A stretch of 64,000 nt of DNA from Candidatus Latescibacterota bacterium (GCA_965243025.1 CBDETY010000003.1:4448001-4512000), one strand, 5' to 3'. Positions 30,560 to 40,807 are shown, numbered from the stretch's first letter. Notes: generated by a model from the letters alone, not told the origin. Made by a program: numbers and translations.

Positions 30560-31719
30560 CCGAATCGCAGGCTTCGAAGGCTGCGTCCGAGCAACGGCTG
30601 CGGTTGTTCAAGCCGGCATTCAGTGAGGAGGAATGCCGCGCCGTAACCGAGGTGCTCGCCGGGGGCTGGATCGGACGCGGTCCCAGGACCCTCGCCTTCG
30701 AGGAGCGGTTTGCCGGCTACCTCGGCGTCCGCCACGCAGTATCCCTCAATTCCGCCACCGCCGCCCTGCACCTGGCCATGATCGCGGCGGAGGTCGACGG
30801 CCAGGAGGTGTTGACCAGCTCGATGACCTTCGTCTCGGCGACCCAGGCGATCGTCCACGCCGGAGGGCGGCCGGTCTTCTGCGACATCGATCCCGACACC
30901 CTCAACGTCACCGCCGACGAGCTGCGCAAGAAGATCACACCGACCACGCGGGCGATCATGGTCGTCCACTACGGAGGACACGCCTGCGACATGGACCCGA
31001 TCCTCGCGCTTGCCGGCGAGCACGGCCTCACCGTCGTCGAGGACACCGCCCACGGGTGCGGAGGCCGCTACAAGGGGCGCATGCTCGGGGCTCTCGGAGA
31101 CATCGGCTGTTTCAGTTTTCAGGCCACGAAGAACCTTACCACGGGCGACGGCGGCATGCTCGTGACCGACGACGCCGCGATTGCCGACCGGGTCCGCAAG
31201 CTGCGCTGGGCGGGTATCTCCAAGCCAACCTGGGAACGCTTCCGGTCGGGAGAACCGCATCGCTCCTGGATCTACGAAGTCGAGGAGATCGGGTACAAGT
31301 ACGAGATGAACGATCTCGCCGCGGCTATAGGACTGGTGCAGCTCGACAAGCTCGAAGCCCTGAACGAGCGTCGCCGGAACCTCCTGCAACGGTACCGCGA
31401 AGAGTTCGCCGACGTCGATGGAATCGAAGTGCTGCCCAACCGGGATTACGCCCTCAGCGCCTGCTACAATGCCGTCATCAAGGTGGATGAGCGCGACGGA
31501 CTCTACCGTTACCTCGACGAACGGGGCATCGACTCCAACGTCCATTTCTACCCGAACCACCTGATGGGCATTTTCAAACCCTACACCACGCGGCTCCCGG
31601 TGACCGAAAGGGAGTGGGAACGCATCCTGGTGCTGCCCCTGCATCCAGAGCTGAGCGAAGAACAGCAGGACCGCGTGATCGCCGCGGTGCGCAGCTTCGC
31701 CTCCGAGCGCCGCAGGTAA
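30556..31719 (+). CDS. DegT/DnrJ/EryC1/StrS sugar aminotransferase
   Basis: NSATAALHLA, VVHYGG, EDTAH, FSFQATKNLTTGDGGM. Confidence 0.92.
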   Translation: MTESQASKAASEQRLRLFKPAFSEEECRAVTEVLAGGWIGRGPRTLAFEERFAGYLGVRHAVSLNSATAALHLAMIAAEVDGQEVLTSSMTFVSATQAIVHAGGRPVFCDIDPDTLNVTADELRKKITPTTRAIMVVHYGGHACDMDPILALAGEHGLTVVEDTAHGCGGRYKGRMLGALGDIGCFSFQATKNLTTGDGGMLVTDDAAIADRVRKLRWAGISKPTWERFRSGEPHRSWIYEVEEIGYKYEMNDLAAAIGLVQLDKLEALNERRRNLLQRYREEFADVDGIEVLPNRDYALSACYNAVIKVDERDGLYRYLDERGIDSNVHFYPNHLMGIFKPYTTRLPVTEREWERILVLPLHPELSEEQQDRVIAAVRSFASERRR

Positions 31720-31934
31720 CCCCGGCGGGGGCCTGTTTTGTCTCCTCGTCTACCCGGACGGAACAGCGGCAGCCTGCAGCTTTTCCTGGACATCCCGAGG
31801 CATGAAATACCGGAGTCCCCTGAAAAGCTGCGGCAAGACGCCACCTCTCCCCCCGACCCCGCATTCTCCGTGTATTCGACGCCGACAAAGGACCCTGTCG
31901 GGAATTCCGGTCCCCAAGCCGGCCCCACCACCGG

Positions 31935-32786
31935 GTGACCGTGCTGAACGCCTTCACCGTCGATCTCGAGGATTGGTACCAGGGGCTGGAGATCGACTGT
32001 GGCCGCTGGGATGCGTACGAGGACCGCATCGAGATCGGCACCAAACGGCTTCTCGATCTGCTCGACGAAGCCGGGGTTCGGGCAAGCTTTTTCGTCCTTG
32101 GATACGCAGCCGAACGCGCTGCCGGGCTGATCCGCGAAGTCGCCGGCCGCGGCCACGAGATCGCCACCCACGGCTACGGCCACCAGTTCATCTACAAGTT
32201 GACCCCGGACCAGTTCCGGGAAGACCTCAGGCGATCGATCGCCATCCTTGAACCTCTCGCCGAGGCTGCCATTGTCGGCCACCGAGCTCCCTATTTCTCG
32301 ATTACCCCCCAATCGGAGTGGGCACTCGATGTGCTCGGCGAATGCGGCATCCGCTTCGATTCCAGCCTTTTTCCCGTTGTCAACTACCGCTACGGATTCC
32401 CCGGCGCCCCGAGGGAAATCCACCGGATTCGCCCCGGACTGGTCGAATTCCCCCTCTCCACCTGGCGCTTCGGAGGGCGCAACATACCGATCGCGGGAGG
32501 TGCCTATTTCCGCTTATTTCCTTATACTTTTACGAGATACGGCCTGCGGCGGATCAATCGATCCGGGCAGGCTGCGGTGTTTTATATCCATCCGTGGGAG
32601 CTCGACCCCGACCACCCGCGTTTGAACCTGGCCGCACGCATCCGCGTCCCCCACTACCGCAGCCTTGGCCAGACAGTCCCTCGTCTTCGTAACCTGCTGC
32701 GGGACTTCCGGTTCGGCACGGTGAGCCAGGTGCTCGGAGCAACGGATATCAGCGCTAGTCCGCAGAGGCCGCAGGAGGCGGTGTGA
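31935..32786 (+). CDS. Polysaccharide deacetylase (XrtA-associated/DUF3473 type)
   Basis: NAFTVDLEDWY, SFFVLG, HEIATHGYGH, RAPYFS, GGAYFRL, YIHPWELD. Confidence 0.88.
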   Translation: MTVLNAFTVDLEDWYQGLEIDCGRWDAYEDRIEIGTKRLLDLLDEAGVRASFFVLGYAAERAAGLIREVAGRGHEIATHGYGHQFIYKLTPDQFREDLRRSIAILEPLAEAAIVGHRAPYFSITPQSEWALDVLGECGIRFDSSLFPVVNYRYGFPGAPREIHRIRPGLVEFPLSTWRFGGRNIPIAGGAYFRLFPYTFTRYGLRRINRSGQAAVFYIHPWELDPDHPRLNLAARIRVPHYRSLGQTVPRLRNLLRDFRFGTVSQVLGATDISASPQRPQEAV

Positions 32787-33451
32787 AAGACCCGACCATG
32801 GAGCTCACCTCTGCAGACCTGGTGCGGCGCTACTTCGACACCGAAGCGAAGCGTTTCGACGCGATCTACGAGGATCGGAAGAACTTTCCCCGGCAAATCG
32901 TCGACCTGCTCTTTCACCGCGTCATCCACAGACGGTTCGCCCTGACCTTCGAACATTGCGGGGCCGTTGCGGGAAAACGGGTTCTCGAGGTGGGTTGCGG
33001 CTCCGGCCGGTACGTCGTCGAATTTGCGCGACGGGGAGCCGAGGTTGTCGGCCTCGACCTGGCGCCGGCCATGATTGAAATTGCCCGCAAAGCGGCAGCC
33101 GAAGCCGGAGTCGGCGGGCGTGCCCACCTCGAAACCGCCGACTTCTCGGACTGGCAGGCACCGCATCCCTTCGATATTTCCCTCGGTATCGGCCTGTTTG
33201 ATTACATTTCAGATCCTCGCGAGGCGCTTGCCAAAATGCGCGGGGTTACCACGGGGCAAGGGATTTTCAGCTTTCCGATCCGCTGGACAATGCGCTCGCT
33301 GCCGCGGTGGCTGCGGCTGACCTCGAGACGCTGTCCCGTCTACTTTTACGACGAGAAACAAGTGATTGAAACGATGAAAGCGGCCGGCTGGACCGATATC
33401 GCCGTTACCCGGCTCAGCCGGGATTACTTCGTCCACGCGACCGCCCGCTGA
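32783..33451 (+). CDS. Class I SAM-dependent methyltransferase
   Basis: VLEVGCGSG, GLDLA, GLFDY. Confidence 0.85.
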   Translation: MKDPTMELTSADLVRRYFDTEAKRFDAIYEDRKNFPRQIVDLLFHRVIHRRFALTFEHCGAVAGKRVLEVGCGSGRYVVEFARRGAEVVGLDLAPAMIEIARKAAAEAGVGGRAHLETADFSDWQAPHPFDISLGIGLFDYISDPREALAKMRGVTTGQGIFSFPIRWTMRSLPRWLRLTSRRCPVYFYDEKQVIETMKAAGWTDIAVTRLSRDYFVHATAR

Positions 33452-33456
33452 CGCAT

Positions 33457-34422
33457 ATGAGAATTCTGATAACGGGAGGTGCCGGGTTCATCGGCTCTCA
33501 TCTCGCAGAACGGCATCTGCAGATGGGGGACGAGGTGGCGGTCATCGACAATCTCTCCACCAGCGACATCACCAACGTTCAGCATCTCGAGGGCCAGGAC
33601 AGATTCACCTGCAAGATCGACGACATCCTCAACTTCGAGTCGCTGCGGCCGCTGATAGACAACTGCGACATGATCTACCACCTCGCCGCGGCGGTCGGGG
33701 TCGAATACGTTCTCGAGAACCCGCTGCAAACCCTGACAACCAACATCCGCGGCACCGAACACGTCCTCGAGCTCGCCAACGAGAAGAAGAAGAAGGTAAT
33801 CCTCGCCTCGACTTCGGAGATCTACGGCAAGAAAAACGGCAACGTCCCGTTCCGGGAGGACAGCGACCGCATTCTGGGTCCCACGACGGTGGTGCGCTGG
33901 AGCTATTCGACGACCAAGGCGGTCGACGAGCTGCTCGCCCTCGCCTACTGGAAGGAAAAGCGCTTGCCGGTGGTCATCGTCCGGCCCTTCAACGTGATCG
34001 GCCCCCGCCAGACCGGGCATTTCGGCATGGTGGTTCCCCGCCTGATCAAGCAGGCTGTTCTCGGTCACCCGATCACGGTATACGACAGCGGCGAGCAGCG
34101 CCGCTGCTGGACCTACATCGATGACGCCATCGACGGGTTCGTCGGGCTCGCCCTCAGCGACAATGCGATCGGCGAGATCGTCAACCTGGGATCGAACTTC
34201 GAGAGCAGCATCAAGGACCTCGCCTTCAAGATCAAGGAACTCAGCGGAAGCGAATCGGAAATCCAGTTCACTCCCTACGACCAGACCCGCCGCAACGGGC
34301 GCTACGAGGACCTGTCGTACCGCGCACCGGACCTGGAGAAAATCCGCTCCCTGGTCGGGTACGATCCCAAGGTGGATCTGGATGAAGCGCTGGCCCGAAT
34401 AATCGAGGATTACAAGCGCTAG
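33457..34422 (+). CDS. NAD-dependent nucleotide-sugar epimerase/dehydratase
   Basis: TGGAGFIGSH, YHLAAAVGV, ASTSEIYGK, YSTTK. Confidence 0.9.
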   Translation: MRILITGGAGFIGSHLAERHLQMGDEVAVIDNLSTSDITNVQHLEGQDRFTCKIDDILNFESLRPLIDNCDMIYHLAAAVGVEYVLENPLQTLTTNIRGTEHVLELANEKKKKVILASTSEIYGKKNGNVPFREDSDRILGPTTVVRWSYSTTKAVDELLALAYWKEKRLPVVIVRPFNVIGPRQTGHFGMVVPRLIKQAVLGHPITVYDSGEQRRCWTYIDDAIDGFVGLALSDNAIGEIVNLGSNFESSIKDLAFKIKELSGSESEIQFTPYDQTRRNGRYEDLSYRAPDLEKIRSLVGYDPKVDLDEALARIIEDYKR

Positions 34423-34443
34423 CAGGTCCCGGGTCGCGCCGGA

Positions 34444-34947
34444 CTACCTGACTCCCATCCCCTTCAGCAACCGGGGGGTTACCAGCCACTGCAGTTCTCC
34501 CCCTCCGCCCCTCAACTGCGACCAGTCCCCGATTTCCAGCTCGATCCGGGCCAGGCCCGCTGTCGGCAGCCGCACCGCGGCTCCACACAGCATTTCGACC
34601 CACTCCTCCATTCCGGGGTTGTGGCCTACCGCCATGACACAGCTGGCGCCGGACCCGAACTCGGCAACCACGGAACTCAGGACGTGGGGACCGGAGCGGT
34701 AGATTCGCTCATCGTGGACCAGCTCGGGGGACGGGGTCAGTTCGGAGGCGATCCCTTCGGCTGTCGCCAGCGCCCGTGCCGCCGGGGATGTTATCACCCG
34801 CTGCGGCAGAAGTCCTGTCCCCTGCAGGGCCCGGCCCACCCGGGGAACGTCCTTCATCCCCCGCTTGTTGAGGGGCCGTTCGAAATCGCTGGCGTCCGAA
34901 ACCGTCCAATCGGACTTGGCATGACGCATTACGTAAAGCGCGAGCAT
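34444..34947 (-). CDS. SixA-like histidine phosphatase
   Basis: MRHAKS, DFERPLNKRG, SPAARA, GHNP. Confidence 0.88.
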   Translation of the reverse strand: MLALYVMRHAKSDWTVSDASDFERPLNKRGMKDVPRVGRALQGTGLLPQRVITSPAARALATAEGIASELTPSPELVHDERIYRSGPHVLSSVVAEFGSGASCVMAVGHNPGMEEWVEMLCGAAVRLPTAGLARIELEIGDWSQLRGGGGELQWLVTPRLLKGMGVR

Positions 34948-35077
34948 TGAAACTTCTCCCTGGAAGCGACTGCCATACCTAAGTTCTCCCTGAAAAGCGG
35001 GTTTCTTGTATTATTATTGATGTCCGGTAGATCACGGTTGTGTCGCTGTTGCGACCGCACCGGTTTCCCCCCTGGCC

Positions 35078-36142
35078 ATGGTGCAACCCCTCGAAATCAA
35101 TCTCGATCTGATCCCGACGTCCCGCTTCCAGCTGATCGACGTATCCGAACGGGTGCGCGAAGAGGCCGGCGACGCGCTCGATTGCTTCCAGAAAGCCGTC
35201 TACTGTTCCTGGCACACCACCGCCGGCTATCTCGAGCAGGGATTCTGCGCACGCCTGGGGCACAGCCGCAAACAGCTCGCCCCGTTCTTCGGTATCCTGC
35301 AGCGGATTTTTCCTTACGACGCCGGGTATTTCCATGACCGCATGCAGCTGCGCGACGAACTGAGCGATTCGGAAAAGCAGACCGAACCGGTAAACGCCGA
35401 TTCCCACCTGACTTTCATGAGCGCCGGTCTCAAGAACTGCGTGACCTACCTTCACAAACCGGACCAACCGGTCTATTTCGTCGAGCTGGATGGCATCTAC
35501 AGGGATATCGTTCGCCAGCGCCGCACCACCGTGCTCGGATACAACTCCGAGCAGGTCGTCCACCGCGAACGCCTGGCGCTTCCGGTGGCGGCGGATCAGC
35601 CGATCGAGTCCCATAACCTGAAAGACCCCCGCTACGGGTTGTTCCAACAGTTCGAGGAGTGGCTCGACCGCTTCGAAATCGACAAGGGCCGGATCGAGAT
35701 CCGCCTGGCCCCCGGGGAAAAGAACGCCGGCCTGATCGTCAACGAATACGAGACTCTGCTGATCCGCAAGGACCTGCCCGATGTACTGGCGGATCCGCTG
35801 CGCTACATGGTGAGGCGCAGCCGGAAGCTGCTCAGGAGACCGAGGCCCCTTTCCGAGAAGACGCGCGAGTACGAGTCCTACGACCTGATCCGGCTCTACA
35901 ACGAGTTCATGGACATTCTGCCCACCGGCCGGTCCGTGGTCGACCGCATCATTTCCGTGCTGTCGACGCCGGCCTACCGCCTCCTCCTCAAGAGATCGAT
36001 CAGTCTGCTGGTCTCCTCCAGCAGCGAGACAGGGGCTCAGCGTATCCTCCAGGGCACCTACCAGTCCCCCATTCTCGTCGAGCATCACCGTCCGGAATGG
36101 GGGGTCCGCCACCTCGACGTCACGGTCTCGAGATTCGCCTGA
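35078..36142 (+). CDS. Hypothetical protein with apparent tandem YjbQ/UPF0047-like domains
   Basis: HTTAG, NADSHL, YFVELDG in the first half; AGLIVNEYE and GTYQSPIL in the second half. Confidence 0.6.
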   Translation: MVQPLEINLDLIPTSRFQLIDVSERVREEAGDALDCFQKAVYCSWHTTAGYLEQGFCARLGHSRKQLAPFFGILQRIFPYDAGYFHDRMQLRDELSDSEKQTEPVNADSHLTFMSAGLKNCVTYLHKPDQPVYFVELDGIYRDIVRQRRTTVLGYNSEQVVHRERLALPVAADQPIESHNLKDPRYGLFQQFEEWLDRFEIDKGRIEIRLAPGEKNAGLIVNEYETLLIRKDLPDVLADPLRYMVRRSRKLLRRPRPLSEKTREYESYDLIRLYNEFMDILPTGRSVVDRIISVLSTPAYRLLLKRSISLLVSSSSETGAQRILQGTYQSPILVEHHRPEWGVRHLDVTVSRFA

Positions 36143-36218
36143 CGCCTCGCCCGCAACCCACCGGCGTCCCCGCACGTCCAGGAGACGGCGCGGCGCGCAT
36201 CTTTCCGCCACAGATCTC

Positions 36219-37556
36219 ATGCACGTAGACCCGTCGATTTTCAAAGCCTACGACATCCGCGGCATCTACCCGGAACAGCTGAACGAGGAGGCCGCCGAAG
36301 CGATCGGTCGCGCCTTCGCGACCTTCCTGGAACCCCGGGAGGTCGTCGTCGGCCGCGACATGCGCCTGTCCAGTCCGGCGATGTTCGAAGCCGTGGCCGC
36401 CGGTCTGAAGCGGCAGGGCGCCGACGTCATCGACCTCGGCATGGTCAGCACCGATCAGTTCTACTTCGCCTGCGCCACTCTCGGCAGGCCGGGAATAATG
36501 GTCACCGCCTCCCACAACCCGGCCGCGTACTCCGGTTTCAAGATGGTGCGTGACATGCCCTACCTGCTCAGCGGCGACGCCGGTATTCAAGACCTTCGGG
36601 AGATCGTCGAAACCGCAAGATACGGTCCGGAGGAGCGGCGGGGTGAAGTGCGGCGGATCGATCTCAGCGCACCGTTCGTCGACAAGCTTCTCGGCCTCAT
36701 CGACGCCAGTCTGCTGCGGCCGCTGAAGGTCGTCGCCGATACGGCCAACGGCATGGTCGGCCCCATCCTCGAGCGGGTGTACGATTCACTGCCCGTCGAG
36801 CTGATCGGGATGTACCTCGAACCGGACGGCCGCCTTCCGAATCATGGGCTGGACCCCATGCAGGAGGAGAACCGCGCCGACCTCGTGCAGAGGGTCCGGG
36901 AAGAGCAGGCCGACGTCGGGTTCGCCTTCGACGGCGACGGCGACCGCTTTTTCGTCATCGACGACCGCGGGAAGTTCGTGCCGGGCGACTTCCTGACCGC
37001 CCTGCTGGGAGGATACATGCTGGAGCGCCACCCGGGAGCCCGAATCATCTACGACGTGCGCTGCTCCTGGGCGGTTCGGGACTTCATCTCCGCCGGCGGC
37101 GGGAAGGCCCTCGTCGAGCGCGTCGGCCACGCCTTCATCAAGCCGCGCATGTTCGAAGAGGGGGCGGTCTTCGCGGGCGAACTGAGCGGCCACTACTACT
37201 TCCGCGATTTTTTCGGCGCCGATTCGGGGATCCTGCCGTCGCTGCTGCTGCTGGAAATCCTGTCGCAGCGGGGCAAGCTTTCGCGGCTGCTGGCCCCCTT
37301 CGAATCCGACTACTTCATCTCGGGGGAGATCAACTCCGAGGTGGCCGATCCGCAAGCCAAGATCGCCGAGCTGGCCGAACTCTACGGCGGCGGGGACATC
37401 GAGAATATCGACGGCATTTCGGTCAGCTTCGACGACTGGCATTTCAACGTGCGGCCGTCCAACACCGAACCGCTGTTGAGGCTGAACCTCGAGGGCAGGT
37501 CGCGGGAAACCATGGTGGCCAGGCGGGACGAAGTCCTCGGGGTAATCCGCTCTTGA
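36219..37556 (+). CDS. Phosphomannomutase/phosphoglucomutase
   Basis: FKAYDIRG, TASHNP, DGDGDR, GELSGH, RPSNTEP. Confidence 0.93.
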   Translation: MHVDPSIFKAYDIRGIYPEQLNEEAAEAIGRAFATFLEPREVVVGRDMRLSSPAMFEAVAAGLKRQGADVIDLGMVSTDQFYFACATLGRPGIMVTASHNPAAYSGFKMVRDMPYLLSGDAGIQDLREIVETARYGPEERRGEVRRIDLSAPFVDKLLGLIDASLLRPLKVVADTANGMVGPILERVYDSLPVELIGMYLEPDGRLPNHGLDPMQEENRADLVQRVREEQADVGFAFDGDGDRFFVIDDRGKFVPGDFLTALLGGYMLERHPGARIIYDVRCSWAVRDFISAGGGKALVERVGHAFIKPRMFEEGAVFAGELSGHYYFRDFFGADSGILPSLLLLEILSQRGKLSRLLAPFESDYFISGEINSEVADPQAKIAELAELYGGGDIENIDGISVSFDDWHFNVRPSNTEPLLRLNLEGRSRETMVARRDEVLGVIRS

Positions 37557-37602
37557 CCGCTCCCGGCCGGCCCTTCCCGGTGCGCAGCAACCAGTAACGG
37601 CA

Positions 37603-39063
37603 ATGTCCAGGATCCAGGAAAAGCTGCTGCTGCTCGCCAGCGACTTCGTCGCCATCAACCTGGGCACCGCGGCCCTCCTGTGGCTGCGGTTCGCCGGCGG
37701 GAAGCTGGCCGGCGCCGCAGCGGCCTGGCAGGAACAGGCGGGCGCCAACACGGAGATGCCCTTCTCCTTCGCCCTGCAGTTCTACAGCTACGACGCCCTG
37801 CCGCTGGTGTACTGCTGCTGGCTGGTGCTGTTCGTCTTCTCCGGGATGTACCGCCTCGAGCAGCCGCTGTCCCGGCTCGACGAGGCTTTCGCGGTAATCA
37901 AGGTCGTAACCACCGGATTCCTGCTCCTGCTGCTGGCCACCTTCGACCTCGAGAGCGGCTTCTCCTTCACCCGTTTCCTTCTCGTGTCGTACTGGCTGTC
38001 CATGGTCTTCCTGGTCGCCGGGGGCCGCTTCGCCCTGCGGTCTCTCCAGCGCCGCCTGCTGATCTCCGGTGTCGGCCGCCGGAAGGCGCTGATCGTCGGC
38101 ACCGACGAGCGCGGCGAGCGGCTGCTGCAGGATCTCAACTCCCGGCCCGTGCGCGTTCACGAGGTCGTCGGCTTCGTGCGCGCCCGCAACGACGCGGAGC
38201 GTTCGTCAGTCGGCGACGTCCCGGTGCTGGGACAAGTGGGAGAGCTCGGCCGCATCCTGCGGGAAAACTCCGTGCAGGCGGTGCTGATCGCGCTGCGTTC
38301 CAACACCCACGAGGAAATCCTCGAGATCGTCGAGGCCGGCGGGGAGCTGCCGGTGTCGTTCAGCATCACCCCGGACCTGTACGACATCGTCACCGGGCAC
38401 GTGCGCACGAACCAGATCTACGGCATGCCCCTGATGGAGCTGAAGCCCCGGCTGCTGGCTCCCTGGCAGGAGGCGATAAAGCGCCTGGTAGACGTCGCCG
38501 TCTCCCTGGTGGTGCTGGCCGGCCTGCTGCCGGTCTGGCTTCTGACGGCGATTGCCATCAAGGTGAGTTCCCCGGGGCCGGTGCTGTTCCGCCAGGAGCG
38601 GGTCGGCCGCGGCGGCAGGGTGTTCACGATGTACAAGTTCCGCTCCATGCGGATCGACGCCGAAGAGCAGACCGGGCCGGTGTGGGCCGGCAGCGACGAC
38701 CCGAGGAGCACCGCGGTCGGCCGTCTGCTGCGGGCCCTGCATCTCGACGAGATCCCGCAGTGCATCAACTTCCTGAAAGGGGACATGAGCCTCGTCGGTC
38801 CGCGCCCGGAGCGGCCCTTCTTCGTCGATCAGTTCGCCCGCGAGATCCCGTTCTACATGCGCCGCTTCAACGTCAAGCCGGGCCTGCTCGGATGGGCCCA
38901 GTCGAAGCACGAGTTCGATCTCGACTCGAACGATCTGCACGGGATCGCCCGGGAGCGGCTCGAGTACGACCTGTACTACATCGAGAACGTCTCCCTCGCC
39001 CTGGATTTCAAGATCATGTTGCGGACGGTCTGGTTCGTCCTCGCCGGCAAGAGCACCCGCTGA
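37603..39063 (+). CDS. Priming undecaprenyl-phosphate sugar phosphotransferase (WcaJ/WbaP-like)
   Basis: N-terminal TMs, KRLVD, YKFRSM, LDEIPQ, GDMSLVGPRPER, DLYYIEN. Confidence 0.92.
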   Translation: MSRIQEKLLLLASDFVAINLGTAALLWLRFAGGKLAGAAAAWQEQAGANTEMPFSFALQFYSYDALPLVYCCWLVLFVFSGMYRLEQPLSRLDEAFAVIKVVTTGFLLLLLATFDLESGFSFTRFLLVSYWLSMVFLVAGGRFALRSLQRRLLISGVGRRKALIVGTDERGERLLQDLNSRPVRVHEVVGFVRARNDAERSSVGDVPVLGQVGELGRILRENSVQAVLIALRSNTHEEILEIVEAGGELPVSFSITPDLYDIVTGHVRTNQIYGMPLMELKPRLLAPWQEAIKRLVDVAVSLVVLAGLLPVWLLTAIAIKVSSPGPVLFRQERVGRGGRVFTMYKFRSMRIDAEEQTGPVWAGSDDPRSTAVGRLLRALHLDEIPQCINFLKGDMSLVGPRPERPFFVDQFAREIPFYMRRFNVKPGLLGWAQSKHEFDLDSNDLHGIARERLEYDLYYIENVSLALDFKIMLRTVWFVLAGKSTR

Positions 39064-39086
39064 AGTGCGGCGGCTTCCCAGACGCC

Positions 39087-40454
39087 TCAGAACACCCGGA
39101 CCACCGAACCGCGTTCCCGCTCGAGACGCGCGGCGACCTCTTGCGGAGTCACCGGATTCGGCGGCCACTCCGCCGCCGGCACCCGCGACAGCCGCAGCAG
39201 CAGCCGCGCCAGGTGGGCGACGTACTCCTTCAGTTCCCGGACGTTGAGCTTGTCGGCGCTGTCTCCCGGCTCGTGGTGGAAGTCCGAGTCGCCGTGGCGG
39301 GCGGCGAACCGCCAGCGCCACAGGTGCCCGGCGTCCAGGCCTGCCTTCAGGTAGGGGAAATGGTCGGACGAGGCGTCGAGTTGTGACATGACGTGGCACC
39401 GGTGCCCTTCCCCCATGCCGTCGAGCTGCCGCTGCAGGAGCGGCTGCAGGTGGGGGAAGCCGAGGACGACTCCCTTCATGTGCCCGGTGCTCAGCTCGTC
39501 GAGGTTGAGCGCCAGACGCGGGGGCCTCTCCGGCCCGTAGTGGCGTTCGACGAAGGCGAAGGACCCCTGGAAGCGCTGTTCCTCGGCGCTGTAGGTGACG
39601 AAGCGCAGGGCGCATCCCGGAGACTCGCCGGTTTCGCTGCGCAAGCGGGCGAGCACCCGCGCCGTTTCGAGAACGGCGATGACTCCGGAGGTGTTGTCGT
39701 TGCCCCCCGGGGCGCCGTACACGGTGTCGTGGTGGGCCCCGAGGACGAGGTGCTCCCCGGCCGCTCCGGCGCTCCGGAGCTCGCCGACGACGTTGGCTGA
39801 CCGAGCCCGGCCGGTGTCCGTCCCGGCGCGCAGGCGCAGGCGCGCCCCCGCGTTTCTGCGCAGCAGCTGGCCCTCCTCCCTGGAGACGGTGACGGCGGGC
39901 AGCGGCGGGCCGGTAAAATCCGGGTCCGCGAGGTCGTGGGCGCTGTGGTACTCCTTGCGGCCGCCCTCCTTGACGTCGATGAGGACCGCCGCGGCCGCCC
40001 CCGCCGCCGCGAGGTTGCGCAGGCGGTAGGCATGGGGGGACGGTGTCGCGAACGGGGCCTGCGCGAGCGCCATTACCGCTATCGACCCTCGCAGGCCCGC
40101 GGCCCCCGCGATTTCCCGCGCGGTCCCGAAACCTGCGTCGACCACCGGCGCCTCGATGTCGAACGAGGGGCACCATATCGTCGGCAGGAGATCGAGCTCG
40201 CGCCCGTCCTCGAGGGTGGCTCCGGCCCCCGACCAGGACCAGGTGTCCATCTCGTACTCCTCTACATCAACCGCATCGAGACCGCAGGCGGCCAACTGTT
40301 CGCGGATGTAGCCGATCGTCTGCCACTCCTGCGCCGACGATGCCCAGCGAGGGCCGATCTCGTCGCATAGCTTCTTCAGGTGGGCGCCGATGCGGGAGCC
40401 GGCCCAGGCCTCGCCGATCAGGTAGCGGTCGATCTCATGCCACGCGCTGTTCAC
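39087..40454 (-). CDS. M28 family peptidase with PA domain
   Basis: GAHHDT, GGNDNTSG, SAEE, NLDE, SDHFPY, HHEPGD. Confidence 0.85.
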   Translation of the reverse strand: MNSAWHEIDRYLIGEAWAGSRIGAHLKKLCDEIGPRWASSAQEWQTIGYIREQLAACGLDAVDVEEYEMDTWSWSGAGATLEDGRELDLLPTIWCPSFDIEAPVVDAGFGTAREIAGAAGLRGSIAVMALAQAPFATPSPHAYRLRNLAAAGAAAAVLIDVKEGGRKEYHSAHDLADPDFTGPPLPAVTVSREEGQLLRRNAGARLRLRAGTDTGRARSANVVGELRSAGAAGEHLVLGAHHDTVYGAPGGNDNTSGVIAVLETARVLARLRSETGESPGCALRFVTYSAEEQRFQGSFAFVERHYGPERPPRLALNLDELSTGHMKGVVLGFPHLQPLLQRQLDGMGEGHRCHVMSQLDASSDHFPYLKAGLDAGHLWRWRFAARHGDSDFHHEPGDSADKLNVRELKEYVAHLARLLLRLSRVPAAEWPPNPVTPQEVAARLERERGSVVRVF

Positions 40455-40684
40455 CAGCGGAATCTCCTTTCCGTGCGACGCCAGTCAGTTCCGCCGACGG
40501 CGGAAGGGTGGGCCTGCGGCGGCTACCGAGGCAGGAATCGCCAGTCCTTCCGAGCCGGCTGAAAAGCAGTTGGAAACCAGGCGAACGTCGAAATGGGGGG
40601 TTGTCCTCCTCGAGTCCCATTCGGGGGTGATCCCATTCGATGGAAACCCGAAACCTTCCCCGGAACTGAACGCTGCCAACAATT

Positions 40685-40807
40685 GTCCCCACAATTTATC
40701 CACACCGCTTGTGGATTCCGGGTCTTTTTCCACATTTCCGCCAACTGTGGGATTCTCGCCGATCCGGGGATCCACGGTAGCCCCAAGCCGCCAGCCTCCG
40801 GTCCACA
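40685..40807. promoter_or_regulatory. Cluster of DnaA-box-like 9-mers
   Basis: TTATCCACA 40696-40704, TTTTCCACA 40726-40734 and five degenerate copies on both strands within about 125 bp. Confidence 0.55.

Noticed and set aside
31720-31934. 215-bp gap with a GCAGCTTTTC/GAAAAGCTGC inverted repeat in the polysaccharide cluster
   Set aside because: Single 10-bp inverted repeat with no other support for an RNA or mobile element
40553-40566. AGCCGGCTGAAAAG, similar to the right TIR of the 60 kb element
   Set aside because: No partner end or internal core found nearby
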